From Candidatus Poribacteria bacterium (lineage in GTDB: Bacteria; Poribacteria; WGA-4E; WGA-3G), in the NCBI GenBank assembly GCA_964291315.2, contig OZ219752.1, positions 224,001 through 288,000 of the forward strand: a stretch of 64,000 nucleotides of DNA, written 5' to 3'. The translations under genes and the position numbers were made by a program. Below, piece by piece: positions 39,333-49,231 of the stretch. Numbering within the stretch: position 1 is the stretch's first letter; every line of letters begins with the position of its first letter. The notes below the pieces were generated by a model. It was not told the origin of the DNA, did not search any database, and saw nothing but the letters and a program-made list of their open reading frames with translations.

Positions 39333-39456
39333 TGTGCTCTGCTCCTAAAACAGTGTGGTACTGATATCTACAGGGAACTTGATCTTACTCATTAACAACG
39401 CACACAATAGAATAAAAAGGTGAGCAGTTTAATGACTTACTCAGGTCGGTTGAGAG

Positions 39457-39642
39457 TTATAGGTTTTTATCTTGGACATATAGGAGTAATCCAGTGTAAA
39501 AACCAAGTGCTGCGAGTTGTAGTCCTATAGCGATCGCGATTATTTGTGATCCTGCTTCTTGAATGAGAAAGAGGACTAGGAGTGATGTTGCCGCTAATAG
39601 CATGACGTTCGCTATTGCCATTAGATGTGTTGCTTTCAACAT
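39457..39642 (-). CDS. Small two-TM hypothetical membrane protein
   Basis: RBS AAGGAG; two hydrophobic helices. Confidence 0.6.
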   Translation of the reverse strand: MLKATHLMAIANVMLLAATSLLVLFLIQEAGSQIIAIAIGLQLAALGFYTGLLLYVQDKNL

Positions 39643-39767
39643 GATTGTCTCCTTAGTTGCGTGCTGTTAGGATAAGGCAACACACCCCACCCCCCAACAC
39701 AATAGATTATTACCTGTATGTCTGCCGTGAGAGGTGCAGGTCGCCCATCACTGCAGACATGAATTCG

Positions 39768-40010
39768 CTATGGCTCCGCGGATCTGTGTAGACGGCTTGT
39801 TTCCCCAGGCTTACCTCCTAGGTTCCCGATGAAGATATAGGAGAGTCCGTACTCACTAGCCCTCGTCCTGAGACGGGGCATATTCAGCTCAGGTCTATAC
39901 CTTGAGTAAGGTCTAGACCTCACGTCTACGAGGTATTGTACCCCTTTGTTCTTGAGGGTTGTTAGCATATCCTCAGGGTTACTGTTCCCATAACCGATTG
40001 TGTAAATCAT
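39768..40010 (-). pseudogene. Truncated DUF488 family protein
   Basis: IYTIGYG, LVDVRSRPYSRY.P, Y......LGGKP; ends before the C-terminal C..E...CHR motif; RBS AAGGAG. Confidence 0.75.
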
Positions 40011-40067
40011 CTAAGGTTCTCCTTGTTAGAGGGCAGGGCATACACCCCACCCCCTCATTTATTACAA

Positions 40068-41456
40068 TTACAACCTTGGCTCATCTTGCCACGTTTCATC
40101 TATCGGATGATAGATGTCATCAGTTTCCCAGAATCCGAGGAGGTTATAGAGATCGCATAACCCGAAATCCTCCCTCAGCTCATGGTTCGCTGAGGCAGCC
40201 ATCCAAAGGGCTGCTGACCTTGCTTGGCAAGCCACCCCTCCTTTCGTGAACTTGAAGAAGAGGTCTGTGAATCCTTCGGCTGGAGAGAGCATTACATCAT
40301 TCTCTATCAGAGCTTTGATGTATATCCAGTCAAAGAATAATGTTTTAGGCCAGGTTGGGATCTCCTGGCCTTTGTAGTTGAACCCTATAAGTTTCCCGGA
40401 GCTTCTTAGACGCTTATCTGTCTTTGCGTTTCTAGGACTCATTTTATAGAGTTCGTGATAAGGTCCCCCATTCTTGAACACCTTACTGCCCTGGTATAGG
40501 CATTCGATGGGTATCCCTTTCAGTTTTAGGTTGAAGGCACTGAGTGCCCTCCATCTTTGTAACGACGACGCTGTGCTAATCTCATAAATAGGGGTGGGCA
40601 GCCCCATCTCGCTCGCAGCAGCGTGTATTGCCCTGACGTTCTCACTATTAGTGCTCCGCCACGCGAATCGGACGGGCACTGTTTTTACGTATCCACACTC
40701 GTAATCAGGGATAAAAACGGGAAGCACGGCTGGAACTACGTCACTAGTTGGGGCGTATGAAAGAGGTATACCATTGGCATCAAGATTTTCACTCTTCCAT
40801 ATACTATAATCAGATCTGGAATCGAAATATTGCCGGGAAATTTTATAATTGGAACTAGTTCTGATGGGCATCAATCTTTCTTGAGCAGCAGCATCCCAAT
40901 AGTGGATTTCCTTAATATATTGTACTGGTATTGGATTAAAAACCAGTACCTCTGCTTGCGGATGTGTTGGATAATTTTGGGGTATTGACAAATCTTGATG
41001 CCTTATACCATAGAAATCTTCAAACAGATCTTTCAATGCTTCGGGTCTTTTTCTATTTTCCAATGGAACGTTGTTAACGCGCCGGCTTGCAGCATTTTCC
41101 TTGCAAAAGGCACACTCAAATTCCCACAACACTTTTGCATCAAGCAAGAGAACAACCCATTGGGCATATTCGACTCCTTCCCAATCTTTTCTAAGCTTAT
41201 AAAACATTTTGTAATTTGGAAAACTAATGCTTAGACAGACCGCGTCCGTATTGTTATCGGCTCGATCGGGATCATTGAACAAAAAATTTCTTCTATCTGC
41301 TTCCAAAGCACTCCGCGACAGCAAGCCATCTTGTAAGATACTCGGTAAGTTTTCAATTCGAGTAAAGTGGCAAAGCGTTGTTATCTCTTTTTCTTCACAA
41401 ATTTGTTGTATCTGCCGTGCTCTCCAATTTTGTTCATAGAAATTTAACATCGGCAT
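40068..41456 (-). CDS. DarT-family ssDNA ADP-ribosyltransferase (DUF4433) fused to a C-terminal NADAR-like domain
   Basis: LCHFTRIENLPSIL.DGLLSR, CLSISFPNYKMFY, PQAEVLV; then EISTAS, LSAFNL, ECLYQGSKVFKNGGPY, FFDWIY, CQARSAA. Confidence 0.8.
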   Translation of the reverse strand: MPMLNFYEQNWRARQIQQICEEKEITTLCHFTRIENLPSILQDGLLSRSALEADRRNFLFNDPDRADNNTDAVCLSISFPNYKMFYKLRKDWEGVEYAQWVVLLLDAKVLWEFECAFCKENAASRRVNNVPLENRKRPEALKDLFEDFYGIRHQDLSIPQNYPTHPQAEVLVFNPIPVQYIKEIHYWDAAAQERLMPIRTSSNYKISRQYFDSRSDYSIWKSENLDANGIPLSYAPTSDVVPAVLPVFIPDYECGYVKTVPVRFAWRSTNSENVRAIHAAASEMGLPTPIYEISTASSLQRWRALSAFNLKLKGIPIECLYQGSKVFKNGGPYHELYKMSPRNAKTDKRLRSSGKLIGFNYKGQEIPTWPKTLFFDWIYIKALIENDVMLSPAEGFTDLFFKFTKGGVACQARSAALWMAASANHELREDFGLCDLYNLLGFWETDDIYHPIDETWQDEPRL

Positions 41457-41560
41457 GCTTCCTTATCTAAAATTGAGTTTGGAAAAGTATACTGCATTTC
41501 AAAAATAAATCAACACCTTTTTATGTCAAAGAATCAGTGGATAACTGATATTACTCGCTG

Positions 41561-42589
41561 CTACCGATCGTCAACCCTCTCACGAACCGCGGGGTTGTCC
41601 GGTTCTACCGGTTCCGGACGCTGATCTAGCCACCACGCGAAGACAACGACAAGACACGCAAGCGCAATTCCACTCAGGGCCATCGGGATACCTGTTGATT
41701 TTCCATCACTTGCATCAATCTGGTATTTTGCAGCAACTGCTGATGCTATCGCAGCTACGGCCATCACGAGGTTCACGAGCCATGGAACTTGACAAAGCAC
41801 CGCAATCAGCGAAACCACAGCGGTAGTCAAACTCAATTGTGCAAGGGGGTGATAAGGTGTTGCGTTAATTTTCTCATCATCGGAGCCTTCTGTGTCTCTA
41901 TGCGAAACTGGAACCGGTGCCCCTTCTTGATATGTCAGCTCAATGAGTCTAATGAATTCTGGTAGTAGCTTTTCCTCTTGAATCCACTCAAAAAGGTCAG
42001 GATATTCGTGCCGGAGAAGGATTACAAATTCTTGACGTTGGGCACTAAAATCTGTAAATTCTTCCCAATCGCTTTCTGGGACCGTGACGTATGGTTCAGG
42101 ACCGACACGAAGTTGATAGCCGTGTTCAGCAATATAGACGACGCTCCCAACCCCTTTGCGTTCAGCGATCCGTAATTCTGTCAAGTCGTCGGGATCCACC
42201 TGTTGACTCCTGTCTTCCTCGACAACAGCCATATCGCGTTGTTTAAGTGCCTGCGCTGTCGCTTCAGATCGCATTGCCATTTCGTTGTCTGTAACAGCTA
42301 CACCGATACGACTTACCAATTCCATTGCCGTTACTTCATGCTCAGGTGCCACAAGAAGCGCGGTTTCACGTTTCTCTTTTAATTCGATCGGTCTGCACCG
42401 GATCTGCTGTGCACTCAGAGTGACTTGAATCAGCTTCACTTCCCATTCATCATGGGTCCGGTGAATCTCTACCCAATCGCGAGTATTGCCGACACCTTCC
42501 CCAAATAACTGCGATACTTGCCTCAACTGGCTTTGACTCACGTGTGTATCTTGTGCTGTGCTGATTGTTTTTTTTCTTTTTTCATTCAT
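41561..42589 (-). CDS. Membrane protein with DUF2007-like N-terminus and DUF4190-like C-terminus
   Basis: WVEIHRTHDEWEVKLIQ..L; C-terminal TM helices with A..QI..S.GK..G..MALSGI. Confidence 0.55.
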   Translation of the reverse strand: MNEKRKKTISTAQDTHVSQSQLRQVSQLFGEGVGNTRDWVEIHRTHDEWEVKLIQVTLSAQQIRCRPIELKEKRETALLVAPEHEVTAMELVSRIGVAVTDNEMAMRSEATAQALKQRDMAVVEEDRSQQVDPDDLTELRIAERKGVGSVVYIAEHGYQLRVGPEPYVTVPESDWEEFTDFSAQRQEFVILLRHEYPDLFEWIQEEKLLPEFIRLIELTYQEGAPVPVSHRDTEGSDDEKINATPYHPLAQLSLTTAVVSLIAVLCQVPWLVNLVMAVAAIASAVAAKYQIDASDGKSTGIPMALSGIALACLVVVFAWWLDQRPEPVEPDNPAVRERVDDR

Positions 42590-42607
42590 AATAATTCCTT
42601 TGGTATG

Positions 42608-43783
42608 TCAAGATACCGTTAACAGTTCTGTATAAACGGCCTCTGTCAAAGCAGTGTTCTTTTTGCTGTTGAAGAGTTGTGCAGCACGTCTGCGGGCGGC
42701 TTCTCCCATTGTTCTTAATCGTTCCCGGTCAGCTGCGAGGTTTGCCATGGCATCAGCAATGGTTAATGCGTCTTCTGGTGGTACTAAAATCCCTGTTTCT
42801 GGCGTGACGAGTTCTTTGCTTCCACCGAGGGGCGTAGCGATAACAGGTTTGCCTGCTGCCATGGCTTCGATAATCGTGCGCGGGCACGCTTCGGGAATAA
42901 TAGAGGGTACTAATACAATATCAATCAAACTTGTTACGATACGCGTATCGGATAAAAATCCGGTGAAGATAACAGAATTTTCAACACCTAAGTCCGCAGC
43001 TTCCTGCTTCAGTTCTTCCATATATGCAACGTCTTTTTGGAAATAGGGACCGCCCACAATCAGTAATTTAATGGATTCTTTTTTCTTAAGTTCTGCCATC
43101 GAACGCACTAAGAAGTGGATACCTTTTTCTCGTGTAATCCTTGTTACGACACCGGCGAGTGTTGCCGTATCAGTTGCATCGGAAAGGATTTCTTTTCGGA
43201 GGGTTTCTACCTCTTTCGGTGATGCCTGAAAAGCGTTTAAGTCGACACCGTTATAGATTAAGGTCTGCTTTGCTGCTGGGGCAAAATCCCAACGCGTCGC
43301 CTCTGACACCAGAATCACGCGATGGAGAAGTCGCTCACAGAAGCGGTCCAAAATACCGTAGGAGGTCGCGTAACGTTTGTGCATCAAGATAGGGATACGA
43401 TTTATTCTTGCAACAACGCCGCCTAACAGTGCCGCTGAAAGCGAATTAGCGTGAATCAGGTCAATTCTGTGTCGCTTTACCGAGCTGTGGATCTGATAAA
43501 CGACTTGCAGCTGCTGAAGATCCTCTAGTAGATCGCGAAACGTGAACCGCTTTACCTTATCAGTTTTATTATGTGCCGCGGGGAGAGACAGCGGGATGAC
43601 GCTCGCTTCTGTCTTTGCCACTTCTGCCGCAAAAGCACTCTCTCCAAGACACCCGACAAAAGGCATAAAGCGGTTCTTGTCCAGTAGGTTCAGCAAGAGT
43701 AAAAGGCTCCGTTGTCCGCCCCCGATTCCCGAACCGCTATCAAGATATAGGATGTTGGATTTCGATGTATCGGATGCTCTCAT
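42608..43783 (-). CDS. Glycosyltransferase family 4
   Basis: IGGGQRSL, IYNGVD, PS..PEA.P.TIIEAMAAGKPVIAT..GG. Confidence 0.9.
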   Translation of the reverse strand: MRASDTSKSNILYLDSGSGIGGGQRSLLLLLNLLDKNRFMPFVGCLGESAFAAEVAKTEASVIPLSLPAAHNKTDKVKRFTFRDLLEDLQQLQVVYQIHSSVKRHRIDLIHANSLSAALLGGVVARINRIPILMHKRYATSYGILDRFCERLLHRVILVSEATRWDFAPAAKQTLIYNGVDLNAFQASPKEVETLRKEILSDATDTATLAGVVTRITREKGIHFLVRSMAELKKKESIKLLIVGGPYFQKDVAYMEELKQEAADLGVENSVIFTGFLSDTRIVTSLIDIVLVPSIIPEACPRTIIEAMAAGKPVIATPLGGSKELVTPETGILVPPEDALTIADAMANLAADRERLRTMGEAARRRAAQLFNSKKNTALTEAVYTELLTVS

Positions 43784-44243
43784 CTGCTTGGCTTCCTGAT
43801 ATCAATCTGTCCGTTTCGCTAGGCGTCCCGTGGGAAATTTTTGTTTCTGCCAACGTTATATAAATCTTTATACAGCCATCGGGCAATAGATCTGCCAACC
43901 GATCTGCCCACTCGATGATACAAATCCCGCCACCTTCTATATATTCGCTGAGTCCAAGTTCGGCGATCTCCTCGCTGTTTTCGAGTCGGTACAAATCAAT
44001 GTGATAGATCGGTACTGTTCCCCTGTATTCGTTGATTAGGATATATGAGGGGCTACTGACAATCTCACCCGGGGCGATACCTACGCCCTGTGAGATGCCT
44101 TGAGTTAGACAGGTTTTCCCGGTCCCGAGCTCTCCGATGAGGGCAATCACATCGCCTTGTTTTAGCGTTTTACCGAGTTTTTCACCGAGAGCTTGCGTTT
44201 CTTCGGGACTCTCTGTTTTAAAGATCTTGTTACTATTTTCCAT
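43740..44243 (-). CDS. tsaE: tRNA threonylcarbamoyladenosine biosynthesis ATPase
   Basis: GELGTGKT, SSPSY.LINEY, HIDLYRL, IEWA. Confidence 0.95.
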   Translation of the reverse strand: MENSNKIFKTESPEETQALGEKLGKTLKQGDVIALIGELGTGKTCLTQGISQGVGIAPGEIVSSPSYILINEYRGTVPIYHIDLYRLENSEEIAELGLSEYIEGGGICIIEWADRLADLLPDGCIKIYITLAETKISHGTPSETDRLISGSQADESIRYIEIQHPIS

Positions 44244-44289
44244 TTGTCACTATGTTTGTCTGGTTTGTATCTCTGCTGTTGTTTTTAAA

Positions 44290-45846
44290 TTAGCTTCCCG
44301 CTGCGCACCTTAAAATATCTTCTTGCGTCAGATTATGATTGATAAATTCACCCGTGATTTTGCCTGCATGTAGCACCAAAATCCGATCACTCATGCCTAA
44401 GATCTCTGGCAGTTCGGAGGATACAAACACAATAGCAACGCCTTCTCGCGCAAGTTTGGCCATTAGCGTGTGGATTTCCGCTTTTGCCCGCACATCGATA
44501 CCGCGTGTCGGTTCATCAAAGAACAGCACCTTCGGACGCGTCATCAACCATTTCCCTAGAACTACCTTCTGTTGATTTCCTCCGCTCAGCTGGTCGACAG
44601 GTATATCTAGCGAGGTTGTTTTAATCTGAAGAGTATCCACATACGTTTCGCTTTTTTGATATGCAGTGTTGTCGTCGATTACGCCATAGAATACAATATC
44701 TGAGGCCGGGTCAAGACTCGCAAGCGTCAAATTACGGACAAGGTCCACATCCAAAATGAGTCCATAACGTTTTCGATCCTCGCTGACCAGTCCCATTCCG
44801 TGTTTTATTGCTTGATGTGGGGCGTGAATTTGGATATGGACCTCGTCTATAAAAACTTTCCCATGCCACTTTCCATCATAAGCCCCAAAAATAGTGCTAA
44901 TCAACTCTGTTCGCCCGGCACCCATCAAGCCCGCGATGCCAAGGATCTCCCCACGCTGGACCTCAAAGCTGACATCTTCAAGCTGCGGGGGTTGCAACGG
45001 ATAGGTGCTTAAGTTTTCTACCCGGAGTGCGACTGATCGTTGGTTTGAGGCATTTTCTCGGTTTGGGAAAAGACCGGTTAACTTTCTACCAACTATCTGC
45101 GAAATTAGTGTTTCTTCGGTGCATTCAGGGGACTCGATGGATTGCGTGGCCACCGTTTTCCCATCTCGTAGCACCGTCACTCGGTCTGCGATCTGAAATA
45201 TCTCTTTGAGCTTATGGGTGATGTAGATACAAGAGACGTTTTTTTCACGGAGTTCCATCACAATGCGCCGAAGGGCTGCGACCTCGGTTTCTGTCAGGGC
45301 AGCCGTTGGTTCGTCAAGCACGAGCAACACTGGACGACTTGATGCGCCTCGATTGGCATGCAAACTACGCCCTAACGTTTTGGCTATTTCCACGAGCTGC
45401 TGCTGACCAATACCGAGCTCGTAAACCGGACGATCCAAAGGGAGTGTCAATCCCAATTGCAAAAGGAGATGTTCGGCATCGTGATATAGACGTTGTTTAT
45501 CTATGATACCAAACCGTTGTGGCTCCTTGCCGAGATAAATGTTCTCAGCGGCTGTCATCTCTGGAATCAACGCTAATTCTTGATGAATAACGGCAATACC
45601 GGCATGTTCCGCGTCCCGCACTGTGTGGAATCTTTGTTCGATGCCATCAATCCGAAATTGCCCATCGTAAGTGCCAGACGGATAAACGCCTCCGAGAATT
45701 TTAATCAGCGTCGATTTACCGGCCCCGTTTTCTCCACAGAGGGCATGAATTTCACCACGACGGACTTCAAAAGAGACGTTGTCTAAAGCGCGCACTCCCG
45801 GAAATTCTTTTGTAATTGCTTGCATGTCGAGGAACGGGGGTGTCAC
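44290..45846 (-). CDS. Sugar ABC transporter ATP-binding protein (XylG/RbsA-like)
   Basis: GENGAGKST, LDEPT twice, EDRK..G, LSGGNQQKV, SSELPE. Confidence 0.93.
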   Translation of the reverse strand: MTPPFLDMQAITKEFPGVRALDNVSFEVRRGEIHALCGENGAGKSTLIKILGGVYPSGTYDGQFRIDGIEQRFHTVRDAEHAGIAVIHQELALIPEMTAAENIYLGKEPQRFGIIDKQRLYHDAEHLLLQLGLTLPLDRPVYELGIGQQQLVEIAKTLGRSLHANRGASSRPVLLVLDEPTAALTETEVAALRRIVMELREKNVSCIYITHKLKEIFQIADRVTVLRDGKTVATQSIESPECTEETLISQIVGRKLTGLFPNRENASNQRSVALRVENLSTYPLQPPQLEDVSFEVQRGEILGIAGLMGAGRTELISTIFGAYDGKWHGKVFIDEVHIQIHAPHQAIKHGMGLVSEDRKRYGLILDVDLVRNLTLASLDPASDIVFYGVIDDNTAYQKSETYVDTLQIKTTSLDIPVDQLSGGNQQKVVLGKWLMTRPKVLFFDEPTRGIDVRAKAEIHTLMAKLAREGVAIVFVSSELPEILGMSDRILVLHAGKITGEFINHNLTQEDILRCAAGS

Positions 45847-46131
45847 GGTTTGTTGGTCCTTAGGATACGCAATTTTCGGTTATTATAGCAGACGTGGAAA
45901 CGGAGATCAAGTTTTTTGTCAGAGCCGGTTCTCTGTCGGTAGACAAAATCTCCTAACCCGGCCGGTCGGTTCTAACAAAACAGTCACCGGAGGCCGGCAA
46001 CCAAATTCAGACGATGGACGCTTGGTGATCCAGTCATTTATCATATCTATTTATTAAAACTGCTCCTCGGACGATGGCAGATGTAGACAGGCCCTGGCAC
46101 CTTGCTTTTGTTCTTGAAATGTGTTAAGATA

Positions 46132-46204
46132 TAGGTAACCTATAGAAAGTATCTGAGAGATTCTTCTTGTAATGACCCCCATAGAGGTTTCCGTAGGTTA
46201 CCTA
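46132..46204. promoter_or_regulatory. Pair of 11-bp palindromes TAGGT(A/T)ACCTA (46132-46142, 46194-46204)
   Basis: Both sites seen directly; first abuts TTGCTT-17 nt-TAAGAT (46102-46130). Confidence 0.5.
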
Positions 46205-46672
46205 CTTGAACTGCATTAGTTGGTTTTTGTGCAAGCGAAGCAATGTTAGCACGACTCACAGCGGAATTTGACTAGCGAAAGATGGTAGACGATGTCAAAA
46301 ACCACTCTCCTTGTAAAAAATAATTTGATTTTTGTTCTTAAATATGTTATCATATATATTGTAGTAATGGCTTTTTTCAGGGAATCTAAGCCACCAAAAT
46401 CGATTCTGAATTTTACAAGAACTTAACAACGAAAATTGAAGGAAAGTTTGATTTCACGAACAGTTTGAAAACGAACAAACCTTATCAAGTGTGACTGTCG
46501 CATATATCTATTAGGTTTGTAGCACTTCCACATAAGCCTTGGTGAAAAATATTGCCCAACTGTCCACGAAACTTCTGGAAAATTCAGAAGTTCTGGATAC
46601 TACACAGTGCTTTTTTCTATGTCAAAAGATACGTTATACCAATTTGTGCCTATTTGAGAATCGGAGGACACT

Positions 46673-47536
46673 ATGGGTGAAGAAAAAAAGAAAGAAATGG
46701 TGCCTGTTACCGCCGAATACGAAGTCGTTGATCAAGTCGATGACCAGGCGATCATTGAGTTAATGACAGGGCAGACGATCCAGGATTACGTCTATTCTTT
46801 TAAACAGGGCGGACGCACGGTTGAGGGGTTAACCTTAGCAGGTATTAACGAGGCAGCCAATCGCCGTGGCGGTATCCAGATCGAAGAAGTTAAATACGAA
46901 GAGCGCGAACATTCTTGGATCGCGACTGCTAAGGCGATTGATACAATTACGGGATCATCTCGCTATGGGGCGTATGAGCAACCGAAAATGATAGGGAGTC
47001 GTCCTGACCCCTTTGCTTTCACCAAGGCAATCCATAAGGCACAGCGGAACGCCATAAAACAGTTAATACCTGTTCCGGTTATCCGTGAGGTGTTGAATTT
47101 CTATCTCCATCGGAAAGCTGGAGGCGGTAACGCTCTGCCCCAATCGCAAGCACAACAGAGCGGTGGGAATATCACTAATGCCCAAAAAGCCGCCTTTGCT
47201 ATCGCTAGCAACCTTGCAGGCCCCCTTGAAAAGAAAAGCATTACGAAGGCGGATCTCTGGAATTATATCAAACGTAGATACAGTGTAGAGTCTCGAAACG
47301 ATATGAGCGAGATGCAATGGACCCAGCTCTCTGCTGAACTCAAAGCAGCGGAAACCGCCCCGCAATTGTTTGATGAGCTCTGTGAGCGCATTAAACAGCT
47401 CACTGCCGCCGCCGAAGAGAGTGAAGTCTCAGCGCCTGAGGCATCAGCAGATCCAGAAACAACATCTGCCAACGATACACAAGTAGAAACTAAGGACGCG
47501 CAGCAGGAAACTACAAAGGGTTCTGCCCCTTTTTAG
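46673..47536 (+). CDS. Putative single-strand annealing protein (Rad52/Sak/RecT-like)
   Basis: RBS GGAGG; beta-sheet region followed by FAFTKAIHKAQRNAIKQLIP helix; C-terminal helical bundle and acidic tail ending APF. Confidence 0.5.
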   Translation: MGEEKKKEMVPVTAEYEVVDQVDDQAIIELMTGQTIQDYVYSFKQGGRTVEGLTLAGINEAANRRGGIQIEEVKYEEREHSWIATAKAIDTITGSSRYGAYEQPKMIGSRPDPFAFTKAIHKAQRNAIKQLIPVPVIREVLNFYLHRKAGGGNALPQSQAQQSGGNITNAQKAAFAIASNLAGPLEKKSITKADLWNYIKRRYSVESRNDMSEMQWTQLSAELKAAETAPQLFDELCERIKQLTAAAEESEVSAPEASADPETTSANDTQVETKDAQQETTKGSAPF

Positions 47537-48468
47537 TCCGTTCTGTTCTTTCTAACAGTATCCGCTGCGTCGATGAGTTTAAACTCAGCCGACAGATATT
47601 CTCTGCTCCGCACAGCATCTTGCAGCGAATGTGCAGTTGGTGTATTCTCAAGAAGTAGGTCACCCCTATACTGCTGCCTTTTCAGATGTTTGGCAATCGA
47701 TCGAAAGTCTACAAACCCATCGCTTACTTCTGAGAGGACCCCCGCTTCTGTCTTCTGTTTGAAGTGCACCGATGTGAGATCTGTCATTTTGACGGACTTC
47801 CAGAATTCGTCTGGAGGATTCACAGTTGTTCCATCGGCGCGGTAGGTATTGCTCTCGTCATACGTCAATTTCGCACCACCGGCAACTGCTAATTTCAAAG
47901 TTAACGTGGCAGTTTGCCTTGCATTTTCTACTGCAAAGGTCATCGGATAGTCCGGGAGCAGGTCGTTGTAATGTTTTAAGTTGGCGATCGCAGCGGATTC
48001 GTCAATGTTTCCTTCGCTTTCGAGATCAACGAGGCGCAACCGTGGCCGTGCCGGGCAAAGTAGATACGCCAATTTCTTTGCACGCACAATCTCTTGGTTA
48101 TCTGCCTTTCTGTCTTTTGGAGATGAGAGCCAAGGGTGCGACATGGCGTAACTCAAGGTGAGCCCGGACGCTTTTTCAGCGAAGGAGGCAATCGTTTCGA
48201 AAAGCATGGAATGATTCGTTTCGTGAACTTTTCCGCTCCAAACAGCGTCGCAGATCGTTCTGAATTCGGCATCGGCGTATATAGGTATTACTGATTCGAG
48301 TTGTTGGATCATCACTCCAAATTCGGAATTCCGGAGGTAATCGCCTTCACGTACCTCCATATCCTTAAACCCATTTGCACCGAATGCCATCATCAGTTCA
48401 TCAAACGTGGTACCGTTGGTCATCTCTTCAGACCAGATATTCGTTACAATTCCGAGTTTTTCAAACAT
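47533..48468 (-). CDS. Xylose-isomerase-like TIM barrel protein
   Basis: FAVENA, YDESN, VHFKQ, LLEN. Confidence 0.65.
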   Translation of the reverse strand: MFEKLGIVTNIWSEEMTNGTTFDELMMAFGANGFKDMEVREGDYLRNSEFGVMIQQLESVIPIYADAEFRTICDAVWSGKVHETNHSMLFETIASFAEKASGLTLSYAMSHPWLSSPKDRKADNQEIVRAKKLAYLLCPARPRLRLVDLESEGNIDESAAIANLKHYNDLLPDYPMTFAVENARQTATLTLKLAVAGGAKLTYDESNTYRADGTTVNPPDEFWKSVKMTDLTSVHFKQKTEAGVLSEVSDGFVDFRSIAKHLKRQQYRGDLLLENTPTAHSLQDAVRSREYLSAEFKLIDAADTVRKNRTD

Positions 48469-48551
48469 TTTGACATCCTTTTCTTCATAGGGTATGAGAT
48501 ATACAGCAAAGAGTGTAGTATGTTTTTAAGGAGCCTCAACAGGGAAGACGT

Positions 48552-49229
48552 ATGGCACAAACCAGAAAATTTACAGATGAACTCAGACACGCTGCAGCAC
48601 CGATTTGGGAAGCCGATCTTAAACACCCTTTCGTTCGCGGTATTGCTGACGGCACGCTCCCCACAGAGAAGTTCACGTTCTACCTCATTCAGGACTATCT
48701 TTTTCTCTTAGAATATAGTCGTGTGTTCGCGCACGGTGTTATCAAAGCGTCCGATGAAGCAACAATGGCGATGTTCGCGCGTCTCCTCGATGAAACGCTG
48801 AACACCGAGATGGATTTGCATCGGGGATATTGCGCGAAATTCGGACTCTCCGTCGCCGAGATGGAAACCGCCTCGGTTGCCCCTACAACGCATGCCTACA
48901 CCCGACATATTCTCAATGTAGCCGAAGCCGGTACGTTGGCAGATCTCGTCGCCGGTGTGTTGCCATGTCAGTGGGGCTATGCCGAAATCGGAACGACACT
49001 TGCCGAACAAGGGGGTTCACCGGAGCCTCTTTATCAGGAATGGATCGATATGTACGCCTCGCCTGAATTTCTCTCATTAGGCAAGTCGCTACGCCGGTTA
49101 CTCAACAATCTGACAGTGGAGTGCAGTCGTTCGGAAAAAGCGCGAATTAAAAACTGCTTCTTGATGAGCAGTCGGTATGAATACCTCTTTTGGGAAATGG
49201 CTTACACAGAAGAAGAATGGAAGATTTAG
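48552..49229 (+). CDS. tenA: Thiaminase II
   Basis: HPFV.GIADGTL, YLIQDYLFL, LPCQWGY.EIG, WIDMY, EYLFWEMAY. Confidence 0.93.
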   Translation: MAQTRKFTDELRHAAAPIWEADLKHPFVRGIADGTLPTEKFTFYLIQDYLFLLEYSRVFAHGVIKASDEATMAMFARLLDETLNTEMDLHRGYCAKFGLSVAEMETASVAPTTHAYTRHILNVAEAGTLADLVAGVLPCQWGYAEIGTTLAEQGGSPEPLYQEWIDMYASPEFLSLGKSLRRLLNNLTVECSRSEKARIKNCFLMSSRYEYLFWEMAYTEEEWKI

Positions 49230-49231
49230 TC

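Noticed and set aside
46095-46106. Sigma-54 promoter TGGCACCTTGC
   Set aside because: GG-to-GC spacing is too short for -24/-12
46673-47536. Prophage
   Set aside because: No integrase, structural or replication genes around the SSAP-like ORF
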